From Nanobdellota archaeon (lineage in GTDB: Archaea > Nanobdellota > Nanobdellia > Pacearchaeales > JAHJTO01), in contig JBHPFA010000004.1 in NCBI GenBank assembly GCA_042572295.1, forward strand, positions 1,683 through 65,682: a stretch of DNA of 64,000 nucleotides, given 5' to 3'. Numbering within the stretch: position 1 is the stretch's first letter; each line of letters starts with the position of its first letter. The notes beneath the pieces are model-generated. The model did no database searches, was not told the origin of the DNA, and was given only the letters and a program-made list of their open reading frames with translations. The position numbers were made by a program, and so were the translations under genes. Below, in pieces: positions 30,630-39,829 of the stretch.

Positions 30630-31283
30630 ATGGAAAAGATACTTGAGCTTGTTGAAAGAAAAAAACCCTTTGAATATGGTGGAATTTTAGAACAGAATTT
30701 TTTTAAAAGAGATTGTAAAACTATAGCAAGGGATTTGTTAGGTAAAGAAATATCAAGGGGATATTCAGGAGGGGGTGCAGGAATGGTTGTTTTCATTAAT
30801 TATGGGATTATAATTAAAGCTAGCGCTTATGAGGGAAATGGCCCTCAAGAAGGATTATCTTTTGCTCCAGGAAGAATTTGTATTAATGATTCAGAGTTGA
30901 GTATGGGCACTGAAAGGAAAAGAAAATCTTCTATAGTTACTATTGATGCACTAGCTATTCCTTCTTTTGCTATAGTTGGTAGCAGAAAAATAGAAGTCCG
31001 AGAAAAACCTAAGATAATCTTTTCTGAAAATATGCAAGATTTTCATGAACAATTTGATACTTATAAGGGGATTGAGAATAATGAACCAGTCTATGACACT
31101 ACAGCACATGAAAGACACAGTGAGCTTGGAGAATATTGTTATGATGCACTAAGGGAAGGGTTTCGTATTACTAGCTATAAAGAAGATATTACTAATTTAT
31201 TTGGTGGGATAAAGGAAATAGGAAAAAATAAAGCCCCTAATTGTATTGGAACTTATACTCTTGACTCTTTAGTCTCTTCTTAA
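30630..31283 (+). CDS. second degenerate AAG/MPG-like protein
   Basis: FFKRDCKTIARDLLGK...GIIIKASAYEG..PQEGLSFAPG...TIDA...APNCIG. Paralog of 25651-26208. Confidence 0.7.
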   Translation: MEKILELVERKKPFEYGGILEQNFFKRDCKTIARDLLGKEISRGYSGGGAGMVVFINYGIIIKASAYEGNGPQEGLSFAPGRICINDSELSMGTERKRKSSIVTIDALAIPSFAIVGSRKIEVREKPKIIFSENMQDFHEQFDTYKGIENNEPVYDTTAHERHSELGEYCYDALREGFRITSYKEDITNLFGGIKEIGKNKAPNCIGTYTLDSLVSS

Positions 31284-31323
31284 GACCATCAAAATTTAAA
31301 TAATGCTGTTTTCTAGTTAATTG

Positions 31324-31719
31324 ATGTCAAAGAAAAGAGGAAGTGCTGCTGAAAGGGAATTATTGCATATGTTCTGTGATCATGGGTTCTCAGCGATAAG
31401 AGTTGCTGGAAGTGGAAGCATGGCAGAACCAAGCTGTGATCTGCTTGTGGGGAATGGATCCTTGATGGCTGCTATAGAATGTAAATTGACTAGGCAAAAA
31501 AAGAAATATATCACTAAAGAACAAATGAATGAATTTGTTGATTTTAGTAAGAATTTTGGATTAACTGGACTGATTGCGGTTAAGTTTGTAAGAAAAGGTT
31601 GGTGGTTTATTTCTCCAGAGAGGATGGATGATACTGGAAAGAATTTCGCTATTTCTTTAGAAGATATAAAAGAAAGAGGAATGCACTTTAATGATTTAAT
31701 GATTAAACATAAAAAATGA
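31324..31719 (+). CDS. hjc: Holliday junction resolvase Hjc
   Basis: KRG...ERELL...GFSAIRVAGSG...DLL...AIECK (PD-(D/E)xK). Confidence 0.92.
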   Translation: MSKKRGSAAERELLHMFCDHGFSAIRVAGSGSMAEPSCDLLVGNGSLMAAIECKLTRQKKKYITKEQMNEFVDFSKNFGLTGLIAVKFVRKGWWFISPERMDDTGKNFAISLEDIKERGMHFNDLMIKHKK

Positions 31720-32894
31720 AAACTAAACTTGTCTTTTTGGCCATGGCCATTTTATTTTTGAGTTCTGCTGCTTCTGCCATTATAATAAATGAGATTAAAG
31801 CAAATGATGTTGAATGGATTGAGGTTTATAATGAAGGTAGTGTTTTATTGAATCTAGAATCATGGACAATTGAAGATTCTGGAGGAGATAATCCTGACAC
31901 TTTGAGCTGTGAGGGGATTTCTGAGTGTAATTTAACCACAAGTTCTGAATATTTTTTGATTTTAGGTAAGGCCAACACTATTTCTGAGATTACTTCCAAT
32001 AATGTGACTTATTTTTATACAGACGATCAAAAAATTGGTAATGGATTAAATGATGATGGAGATAATCTTACAATAAAAGATAATGGAACAATAATTTATT
32101 CTAAAACTTACAGTACTTTAAGCAATTCTTCATTAAGTTTTCAATATAATGGAACGGGTTGGTGTGAAGGGGATTTAACACCTGGACAAGCAAGCTCTTG
32201 TATTGTTGTACAAGAAGAAAATCAGACTCAAGAGAACCAAACTCAAGATAATCAGACAGATCCTGTGGTTTGTGATGATAATGTATGGGATATTTTAGAT
32301 TATCCCGATTTGATTGAATTCGGAGATACAGATAGAATTAAAGTAAGTTTTAATCCAACTTGTTATGATTGGGATGCTGTAAAGTTTTTGGTTTATGGAA
32401 GTTCCCAAAGAATCATTTCTTATGAAAATGGCACAAAAATAGAGAAATATTTTGAATGTCAAGAAGGAATCGAATTTGATGATTTAGGTAATGAGACTCA
32501 GACATTTGATATCCCTTTTTATGCTTATCCTAATTGTGATGATAAATATAGTAGTGATAAGTTTGGTGTTTCTTTGAGGGTTTGTAGACCTTCCTGGACT
32601 AAATATGATGAAAGAAAATTGAATATCTCCTTTGCATTAAGAGAAGAAGAATGTAATGGGAAAGACGTTAATGTTACTGCAGATGTTACTGCAGATGTTA
32701 CTGCTGATGTTAATGTGACTCAAGATTCCGATACTGAATCCGATCAGACTATAGGAGATAATGACTCTTCTGAGAAGAAAGAAGTAGTCTATCAATCAAA
32801 TAAAGGGCCCAGTTTGAGATTTGCGATCTATTTACTGGCAATTTTGATGATTTTATTGGTTATTTATATGGTTATAAATAACAATAACCTTTAA
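31716..32894 (+). CDS. lamin-tail-domain surface protein with C-terminal TM anchor
   Basis: Signal peptide, IIINEI...EWIEVYN...L..WTIED...LNDDGD...TPG, and a C-terminal hydrophobic helix. Confidence 0.82.
   Translation: MKTKLVFLAMAILFLSSAASAIIINEIKANDVEWIEVYNEGSVLLNLESWTIEDSGGDNPDTLSCEGISECNLTTSSEYFLILGKANTISEITSNNVTYFYTDDQKIGNGLNDDGDNLTIKDNGTIIYSKTYSTLSNSSLSFQYNGTGWCEGDLTPGQASSCIVVQEENQTQENQTQDNQTDPVVCDDNVWDILDYPDLIEFGDTDRIKVSFNPTCYDWDAVKFLVYGSSQRIISYENGTKIEKYFECQEGIEFDDLGNETQTFDIPFYAYPNCDDKYSSDKFGVSLRVCRPSWTKYDERKLNISFALREEECNGKDVNVTADVTADVTADVNVTQDSDTESDQTIGDNDSSEKKEVVYQSNKGPSLRFAIYLLAILMILLVIYMVINNNNL
32671..32712 (+). repeat. 12-bp coding tandem repeat (ATGTTACTGCAG x ~3.5; VTAD)
   Basis: Directly visible in the sequence, in the linker of the LTD protein. 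Confidence 0.85.
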
Positions 32895-32923
32895 AATAGG
32901 TGATTTGTCCTTTTCTATATAAA

Positions 32924-33418
32924 ATGAATATAAGAGATAAATTAGCAGATGGATGGATACATAGTAATATCATAATAGAAATACTTGGAAAGCCCCCTGC
33001 ATATGTAGATAAAATAATCAAAGAAGTTGTAGAATCTATAAAGAAGATTGAGGGTATAGAAGTCATAAATGCTAATTTTCATGAGCCTAGAGAAGCTAAA
33101 ACCCTTTTCTCTACATTTGCAGAAATAGAATTGATTGCTCAAGATATTATGAAGCTTACAGAATTAGTGTTTAATTATATGCCAAGCAACATTGAGATTA
33201 TTGAGCCTGAAAACATGAAGATTGATTTAGTTAAAGCAAATGATTTCTTTAATATGCTGGCCTCTAAACTGCACGCATATGATTCTTCTATTAAAGGACT
33301 TAAGTTTGAAACTTTATACTTGAAAAAAACTCTTGAAAAGGCAGGACTTACTCCAAAACAACCTGCTCAAGAAATTAAACCTGCAATTCTTGAAGAAACT
33401 AAAGAGAAAAAAGAATAA
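32924..33418 (+). CDS. conserved hypothetical protein
   Basis: IIEILGKP...FSTFAEIE...YMPSNIEIIEP. ATG 32924 is preferred over GTG 32900. Confidence 0.7.
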   Translation: MNIRDKLADGWIHSNIIIEILGKPPAYVDKIIKEVVESIKKIEGIEVINANFHEPREAKTLFSTFAEIELIAQDIMKLTELVFNYMPSNIEIIEPENMKIDLVKANDFFNMLASKLHAYDSSIKGLKFETLYLKKTLEKAGLTPKQPAQEIKPAILEETKEKKE

Positions 33419-35569
33419 TTATTGAATTTTCTGTCTTCCAACTTTATCTAAAGCAATTTTAAGTGGTTGTTGAGGTTTCTTTGAAAATAATTTAAGATAT
33501 ATCAATACTCCAACAGATATTGCTGCTAAAGCAAGCATTGTCCAACCAATAGCTTTCTTGTTTAAAGGTTTCTTTTCTTTTTCTACTTCTTCATCAACAT
33601 CAACTTCCTCTTCAGTTATTAACAATTCAATAGGGAGTGAAACAGAAGTGCCAGAAGTTTCTGCATTAATACTTCCAGAATATTCTCCAAAAGCATTTTC
33701 TGTATTGAAAATAATTTCTATTTCTTGAGACTTGCCTGGAGAAATTTCAAAATCTGCAGGTTCTATGCTCTCTAATATATTTGAAAGGCCAAATGTGGCT
33801 ATGCTAACTTGTTGAGATTCTTTTGCCAGACTTGTTAATTTTACAATAATCGAATTACTTTCCTTTTTAGTTAAAGAGGAATTTATTTTGTCAGGAGTAA
33901 ATTGTAATTCTGCTGGGAAGAGTGAAACCCCTCCTGAAGAAGTTTCATTAAGAATAGTTTCTGTTTCTTCTTCTGTGATTCCTGAAGGAAAGATAATTAT
34001 TGGAATCCTATAACTTCTCTCATTTGTAGAAAATAAAGTATTGTAGCTTATTTCTGCTTCTGTAAATGTTAAAGAAGAATATTTTTGAGAGGAAAATATT
34101 AAGGAAGCTTCAGATGATGGAAAAATTGTTACTTCTTCGGTAGATCCAAAAAGAGAAGCGCTTAAATTAACACTGAAAATTCCATTATTAGTAAAAGAAA
34201 TGGTCAAGTTTTCTCCACTGTTTACTTTTACTAATCCTGTTGAAGAAATTAAAGGTTCTATTTTGTCTGAAGAAAATAATCTAAGGGCATAAGAAGTTTC
34301 TTTTTGATTTCCAAATATCCCTTGGCTTTCAAATAGATTCTTTAACCAAGTTTCTCCTTTTAATTTTGCATTTCCACTAATTACTTCAGTTACTAAGACT
34401 GTTGAAAGGACATCAGGGGTGTTTGATAAAGCTAATGCGACTTTTGCCCAGAATCCTTCTTGTGCTTGATTGTTGATTAACCAAGTTTCAATATCATTAT
34501 CATTTGTTAATGAATAGTAGATTGCTCGTTGTTCAGTAGATTCTATATTTTCCCCTAGCCAAGCTGTTTCTTCTTGTAAGCTTGTTTCTCCGAGTTCTTC
34601 CAAAGCTAAGATTGCATATGCTGTTGAATCAACATCACATTCACTTCTGTATTCTTCTCCCCAACATTTTTTGTTATTAATAACAAGAGAATATGAAAGG
34701 CCCTCAGTTTGCATAGGGAAATTATGTACCTTCCCTAAATAAGTATTTGAAACTTTTGCTGAAGAAAGTGAACAAGCAGTTGTAAGAGTAATTTCAGAAT
34801 CATCCGGAAGTGTTAAGGAGATTGGAGAATTTGCTCCAGAGGTTAATGTAAGTGATTGATTCACTCCATTAATTGTTAAATCACATGTTTGTGCAGAATT
34901 TGATGTAACTATCAAATCCCAAAGTCCTAATTCAATATTATTCTCTGCATCAAGCAACCAAGCTTTTATTTTTTCTTTTTGTTCTGAATCCTTAAGAGGA
35001 ATTGCTGCGAGTGAAGTTGGTTTAACTTCACAAGTAGAAGAAGGCCAACATTCTTGAGAAGAACTTTTAGAAAGTAATGTTGATTTCCCTTCTTCAAACA
35101 AATCTGAATCATAATTTAAAACATTTAATGCCAAAGCAATATCTTCTACAGAAAGAGAAGACCACTTATTATCCACCTTACTTATTAACCAAGAATAAGC
35201 TTCTTGTAAGGGCCTTTGAATTATGAAATTTGTTTCCTTTACTTCTTCAATTAGAGTTTCTTCTTGACATAAAGAAACAACTCTAAACTTATTTTCTCCA
35301 TATTTTGTCGGAACTTTTGCCCAAACAAGCCATTTATCATTTGCAATTTGTTCTAAATTAAAATCAATAGAATATTTTATGTTATCCCTATAAAAACCTA
35401 AATCTTCCTCTGCTAAAGGTTTCTTGAATTCTCCTGTAATCTCTGCTTGAAAATTCTCTCCAGAATAATATGCTTGTTTAGAGAGCTGAACAAAAGCACA
35501 TTCAGCAGAAGAGAAAGGCATTAAAGTCAAGATAAAGGCCAATATTGCTAAAAATAAAAGTTTATTCAT
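33419..35569 (-). CDS. surface protein with alpha/alpha-toroid (prenyltransferase/squalene-cyclase-like) repeats, Ig-like domains and a C-terminal TM helix
   Basis: Signal peptide, AYSWL, CWP...C.VK.TSLA, WLINNQAQEGFW, and a C-terminal TM helix with basic tail. Confidence 0.72.
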   Translation of the reverse strand: MNKLLFLAILAFILTLMPFSSAECAFVQLSKQAYYSGENFQAEITGEFKKPLAEEDLGFYRDNIKYSIDFNLEQIANDKWLVWAKVPTKYGENKFRVVSLCQEETLIEEVKETNFIIQRPLQEAYSWLISKVDNKWSSLSVEDIALALNVLNYDSDLFEEGKSTLLSKSSSQECWPSSTCEVKPTSLAAIPLKDSEQKEKIKAWLLDAENNIELGLWDLIVTSNSAQTCDLTINGVNQSLTLTSGANSPISLTLPDDSEITLTTACSLSSAKVSNTYLGKVHNFPMQTEGLSYSLVINNKKCWGEEYRSECDVDSTAYAILALEELGETSLQEETAWLGENIESTEQRAIYYSLTNDNDIETWLINNQAQEGFWAKVALALSNTPDVLSTVLVTEVISGNAKLKGETWLKNLFESQGIFGNQKETSYALRLFSSDKIEPLISSTGLVKVNSGENLTISFTNNGIFSVNLSASLFGSTEEVTIFPSSEASLIFSSQKYSSLTFTEAEISYNTLFSTNERSYRIPIIIFPSGITEEETETILNETSSGGVSLFPAELQFTPDKINSSLTKKESNSIIVKLTSLAKESQQVSIATFGLSNILESIEPADFEISPGKSQEIEIIFNTENAFGEYSGSINAETSGTSVSLPIELLITEEEVDVDEEVEKEKKPLNKKAIGWTMLALAAISVGVLIYLKLFSKKPQQPLKIALDKVGRQKIQ

Positions 35570-35574
35570 TTTTT

Positions 35575-37557
35575 CTATTTGCTTGCATACTTTCTTAGTT
35601 TATCTATAGTTTTTTGCAAGTCTGTGTCTGTTTTAGTTGAGGATTTTCTTTGAGGGGTAGGTCTTGGATGATGTCTTTGATAGGAAAATGGCCTAACAGG
35701 AGTTGGAGGCCCTGCTTGAGTATAAGGCTTCACTGGCGGCCTATAACTTACTTTTCCACCGCTTTTTGGAGGCTCTTTCTTAAATGTTTTTGATAATTTA
35801 TCCATATACTTGTCCAATAAACCTTTTTTGTACAAAAATATCAAAGCTCCAGCCACTACAATTAAGATTATGAATAACCAAATCCAGAAGCTTGCCTTTC
35901 CTTTACAATCTCCTTGACAACAGAAACTTGAAGCAGAAGCATCACTTGCGGAAACAATGTTCCCATCACATTTTTGATTATTGCTACAAAAAATTCCACT
36001 TTGTTCAGAACAAATTACTTGAGAAGGAATACAGCTACCTACACAACACCTATCTGATTCAAGTGTTTTTCTTGTATTAACATCACATTCTTCATCATAA
36101 TCACATTCCTCTCCACCAAGTTCGAAACAAGTTAATGTACAGTCATTATCATCCATGTCTATTAGATCATCACCATCATTGTCAAACTCATCATCACAAG
36201 TATTTTCTGCTACTTCACACTGTCCACGTCTTCCGAAGATATCAGTTACAAATTCTCCTTTACATTCAGATTTACTACAGTCTTCTGTATCACTACAATC
36301 TGCTAAACCTGAAGATTTACAACAGACTCCGACTGCACAAGATATGGAGGCTTTTTCTTCTTCTTCAGATAAACAATCTGTTCTACAGAAATAATTGTAG
36401 ACGTCTTCACAATCATTTATTCCTCCAGAAACGATTTTTGGCCATGATGAATAAAGGGCCATTGCAGTATCTCTAATCTTTTTTGTAGTTCCAAAACTTC
36501 CATCATTATTTTGATTTTTCAAAAGCCAATCTTGCGCTTTAGTTACATTATCTGTAGCGTAATCAAAAAGACCTAAAATTCCAAGAGAAGTATCCCAATA
36601 TTTGCCTTTACCTCTAACTTGTGACCAATATCCTATCCTATTTTGTTTTGATAATAAACTGTTTGCATGATCTTCTTTTCCAGTCAATAGCCAAAGTATT
36701 GAATCTGGAAGTAAATGTTGGTTATTTCCTGATTCTCCAATCAAATAAGGGAGGAAATGAGTATATTCCCTATCTGCTTGATATAAAGCATAAGTTCCCC
36801 ACATTGTAGATTCATAATTACAGCTTGCCCCTTCCTTTATACAGACTGCTTCTATTGCTACATCTGTTGGAGTTTCAAAGGTTTCTGGGGAAATGTAAAG
36901 TGAGCTTGACATATAAGGGATTGATACTGAAGCAGGAACATCGCAAGAGATTGTGTAAATGTTATCTAAGCATCCTTTAGAAATTTTAATCCAGTATTTT
37001 CCTTGGATGATTTGAGATCCAACAATATCTACTAAACTTAAACAAGATGGAGAAGAACCTCCCCATGAATAAGTTTTGTCTTCATTTATTTCTAAGTTGT
37101 ATTCTTTTGAATCATAAACAATAGAACAGTTTGCAGGTTCACTTGAATCCACTTGAAGCAGCCAATTTAAATTTGAACCAGTAAATGTTGTTTCTCTTTC
37201 TAAAAGCCAATCTGTTTCTTCTTCAACAGATTCACCTAAAGCATTTAATGCAAGAATTGAAAAAGCAGTTTCTTTAGACCTACATCTTCTTGCCGGCCAA
37301 CATGCCTCTTCTTCATCCTGTTTATCTAATAAAGCATTCCTTCCATCAACTGCAAGTCTATCATCATAACCTAAAGCCATTAAAGCCAAGGCATTTGTTT
37401 CAGAGTCCAAATTTTGCCATTTCGCGTCGGATTGATCTATTAACCAAAGATAAGCATTCTCTATTTTTAAGTCATCATCTACTTCTGCTATTACTAGGGG
37501 ACAAAGTGATAAAGCTAAGATAGATACTAATAATACAATTACTCCCCTCTTTTTCAT
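35575..37557 (-). CDS. paralogous surface protein with toroid repeats, Cys-rich region and TM anchor
   Basis: AYLWL, CWP..C..KETAF, WLLKNQNNDGSF, CDDEFDNDGDDLIDMDDNDC, then a TM helix and Pro-rich cytoplasmic tail. Confidence 0.72.
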   Translation of the reverse strand: MKKRGVIVLLVSILALSLCPLVIAEVDDDLKIENAYLWLIDQSDAKWQNLDSETNALALMALGYDDRLAVDGRNALLDKQDEEEACWPARRCRSKETAFSILALNALGESVEEETDWLLERETTFTGSNLNWLLQVDSSEPANCSIVYDSKEYNLEINEDKTYSWGGSSPSCLSLVDIVGSQIIQGKYWIKISKGCLDNIYTISCDVPASVSIPYMSSSLYISPETFETPTDVAIEAVCIKEGASCNYESTMWGTYALYQADREYTHFLPYLIGESGNNQHLLPDSILWLLTGKEDHANSLLSKQNRIGYWSQVRGKGKYWDTSLGILGLFDYATDNVTKAQDWLLKNQNNDGSFGTTKKIRDTAMALYSSWPKIVSGGINDCEDVYNYFCRTDCLSEEEEKASISCAVGVCCKSSGLADCSDTEDCSKSECKGEFVTDIFGRRGQCEVAENTCDDEFDNDGDDLIDMDDNDCTLTCFELGGEECDYDEECDVNTRKTLESDRCCVGSCIPSQVICSEQSGIFCSNNQKCDGNIVSASDASASSFCCQGDCKGKASFWIWLFIILIVVAGALIFLYKKGLLDKYMDKLSKTFKKEPPKSGGKVSYRPPVKPYTQAGPPTPVRPFSYQRHHPRPTPQRKSSTKTDTDLQKTIDKLRKYASK

Positions 37558-37608
37558 TGGTATGTTACGCCCATATTATTTAAAACCCTTTCTGTTTCAA
37601 GATTAGAA

Positions 37609-38979
37609 CTAAAAAGCGCCCCTGTAGACTCTTGTTTCCCCTTCTTCCTTTTTTCTTGAGGATTTTTTTCTATTTTTTTGTTTACTGCCCCCAGTTTTAA
37701 TTAGATATTTCACAGTTGTATAATTAACTGGATTCTTTACTTTACGACAAAGACCATCAGGAGTACAAATTAAAAGATCTTTATACATTGTTTGAATCTT
37801 CTCACAATTTGGTGGAAGGACAACTTTACTACGAAGATGCCAATTTAATTGTGAAACCACATATCCTTCTTTTAATGGTTGGGCATTTTTCTTATTCCAT
37901 TCATTAATTTTTTCTTTTATTTCCTCAGAACGAAGATTTATGCTCTTAAAAAAATTTAATAAAACAAATAAACACCTTTTTCTCCCATCATCTTTTATTC
38001 CCTTTAAGGCATTATTTACACAAGGTGGCCACATATCAGTAGTTGTGTCTTTTATTGTTATTGGATTATATTTCCTCTTGGGATTTCCAATATTTAATTG
38101 GCCAACTTTCTTTTTTGAATCTTGAATCTTATTCCAATCAAATGCTTCAAGCATTAATTCTTTTGCTTCATTCTTCTCTGGTGTTGGAAAAAAAGGTTTT
38201 GGGGAAACTCTTGAAGGTTGTGCCCATCCCAAATGGAAGTTTTTTAATTGGTTATGCCTGATGACTATGCTAGAAAAACCACTTTTTTCATTTAGAGAAT
38301 AAGGCATTCTAATCAAATGTCTTGGAGAAATCGCAATTGTATCAATATCAACTACTGAGAATGGATTAAACTTGTCTTTAAAATAAAAATCTTCTACAGG
38401 TTTTTTTGTTCTTTCACTAAGTTCTTGAGGGGTTGTTGTTTCTAGAATCCTATCTCTTAAAGATTTTTCAATTAATTCTCCCAAATAACCTGCAATCATC
38501 CTTGGGCCTTGAGGAAACATATTCTTAACTGGAATGCCTTGAATTTCTGAAGGAAATGCTCCGAATGGTACGAAGATATGCCAGCCTGCACGTCCTGAAA
38601 ATTTCAGACCAACATTTTGAACATTGTGAAATTTTAATGCTCCTAAAATCAGTTCAGCTGAGATTTTGCTGAATCCTAAAAACTTTGAATCAACATCAAG
38701 AATTAAATCCCAGCCTTTCCTTAATTCATTAAGCTTTTCTGGAGTTAGGGCAGTCGTTAGATCTAAAGGATTATGCCATAATTCCTCTGAAAAATGGAAG
38801 GAAGTTACTCCTTTTTCTGCTAAAGCAGCTACATCTCCAGGATATTCAATGATATCTGGACGTTTTCCAAAACCTTCCCCATATCTAGGAACGACCTCTC
38901 TATTTTGAGCATGGTCTGCGATAGCTTTTTGGATGTCTTTCCGTTGGTAAAATAGCCTAGCACTCCTTTTTAGGTCCAT
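37609..38979 (-). CDS. fused DNA primase small/large subunit (PriS-PriL)
   Basis: WDLILDVD, KFSGRAGWH and RMPYSLN (PriS), followed by PPCV...DGRKR...PPNC..C (PriL Fe-S domain). Confidence 0.9.
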   Translation of the reverse strand: MDLKRSARLFYQRKDIQKAIADHAQNREVVPRYGEGFGKRPDIIEYPGDVAALAEKGVTSFHFSEELWHNPLDLTTALTPEKLNELRKGWDLILDVDSKFLGFSKISAELILGALKFHNVQNVGLKFSGRAGWHIFVPFGAFPSEIQGIPVKNMFPQGPRMIAGYLGELIEKSLRDRILETTTPQELSERTKKPVEDFYFKDKFNPFSVVDIDTIAISPRHLIRMPYSLNEKSGFSSIVIRHNQLKNFHLGWAQPSRVSPKPFFPTPEKNEAKELMLEAFDWNKIQDSKKKVGQLNIGNPKRKYNPITIKDTTTDMWPPCVNNALKGIKDDGRKRCLFVLLNFFKSINLRSEEIKEKINEWNKKNAQPLKEGYVVSQLNWHLRSKVVLPPNCEKIQTMYKDLLICTPDGLCRKVKNPVNYTTVKYLIKTGGSKQKNRKKSSRKKEEGETRVYRGAF

Positions 38980-39092
38980 ATTTGGAAGAACTGAAAGCTG
39001 TTTAAATAGTCTTTGTGGGGGAAATGCTTATTTCAAGAAAAGCTACATTATACAATAACAAAGCTTAAAAGTCCAATATAGATTATATTGGC

Positions 39093-39827
39093 ATGTTGCT
39101 TAAGCTTAATGACCCTAAAGCTTTCTCTGACGCGATATCCATCATGTCAGAATTAGTAAATGAGGTAAGAATAAAAGTGAATAAAGGAGGAATGAGTGCT
39201 GTAGCAGTAGATCCTGCTAATGTTGCACTAGTTTCCTTAAAATTGCCCCATTCTGCATTTTCTCAATTTGAATCAGAGGAAGAAGAGCTTTGTGTCAATC
39301 TTGATGACTTAAAACAAGTCTTGAAAAGAGCCCAAGCTGGGGGATCTTTGACTCTTGAGAAAAATGAAAATAAATTAGTTGTTACAATGCAAGACACTGT
39401 AAAAAGAAAATTCACACTTTCACTTATAAACTTAGAAGCTGAAGAGAAACAAATTCCAGAATTAGATTTTCAAAACAAAGTCTTGATGCCTTCTAATCTA
39501 TTTCAACATGCTATAGAAGATGCTGCAATAGTTTCTGATGCTTGTACTTTGGAGACAAAAGAGAATGCTTTTGCAATTGAAGCAAAAGGAAATTTGAACA
39601 GCAGTTGTACAACTTTTAATTCTGATGAAGCAAAGTTCAGTGGAGAAGGAAAATCTCGTTACAGCCTCGAATATTTACAAAAATTCGTCAAAGGTGGAAA
39701 GCTTGCAGATAATGTTTACCTGCAATACCATCACGCACAACATAAATCCGAATATCCATTAAGAGTAGATTTCTTAGGAAATGTTGAATTGACTTTTATT
39801 CTAGCACCTAGGGTTGAAGAAGATTAA
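39093..39827 (+). CDS. pcn: DNA polymerase sliding clamp PCNA
   Basis: AVDPANVALV, YSLEYL and FILAPRVE motifs. Confidence 0.96.
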   Translation: MLLKLNDPKAFSDAISIMSELVNEVRIKVNKGGMSAVAVDPANVALVSLKLPHSAFSQFESEEEELCVNLDDLKQVLKRAQAGGSLTLEKNENKLVVTMQDTVKRKFTLSLINLEAEEKQIPELDFQNKVLMPSNLFQHAIEDAAIVSDACTLETKENAFAIEAKGNLNSSCTTFNSDEAKFSGEGKSRYSLEYLQKFVKGGKLADNVYLQYHHAQHKSEYPLRVDFLGNVELTFILAPRVEED

Positions 39828-39829
39828 AA

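Noticed and set aside
21430-31283. Island as a prophage, transposon or integron
   Set aside because: No integrase, transposase, structural genes, terminal repeats or adjacent tRNA were seen. The gene-end repeats are not palindromic like attC sites.
33419-37557. Terpene/squalene cyclase enzymes
   Set aside because: No DxDD catalytic motif is present in the toroid region, and both proteins have signal peptides and TM anchors, so they are more likely structural surface proteins.
37609-38979. Fused primase as a novelty
   Set aside because: The PriS-PriL fusion is an established DPANN feature and is used here only as a taxonomic clue.
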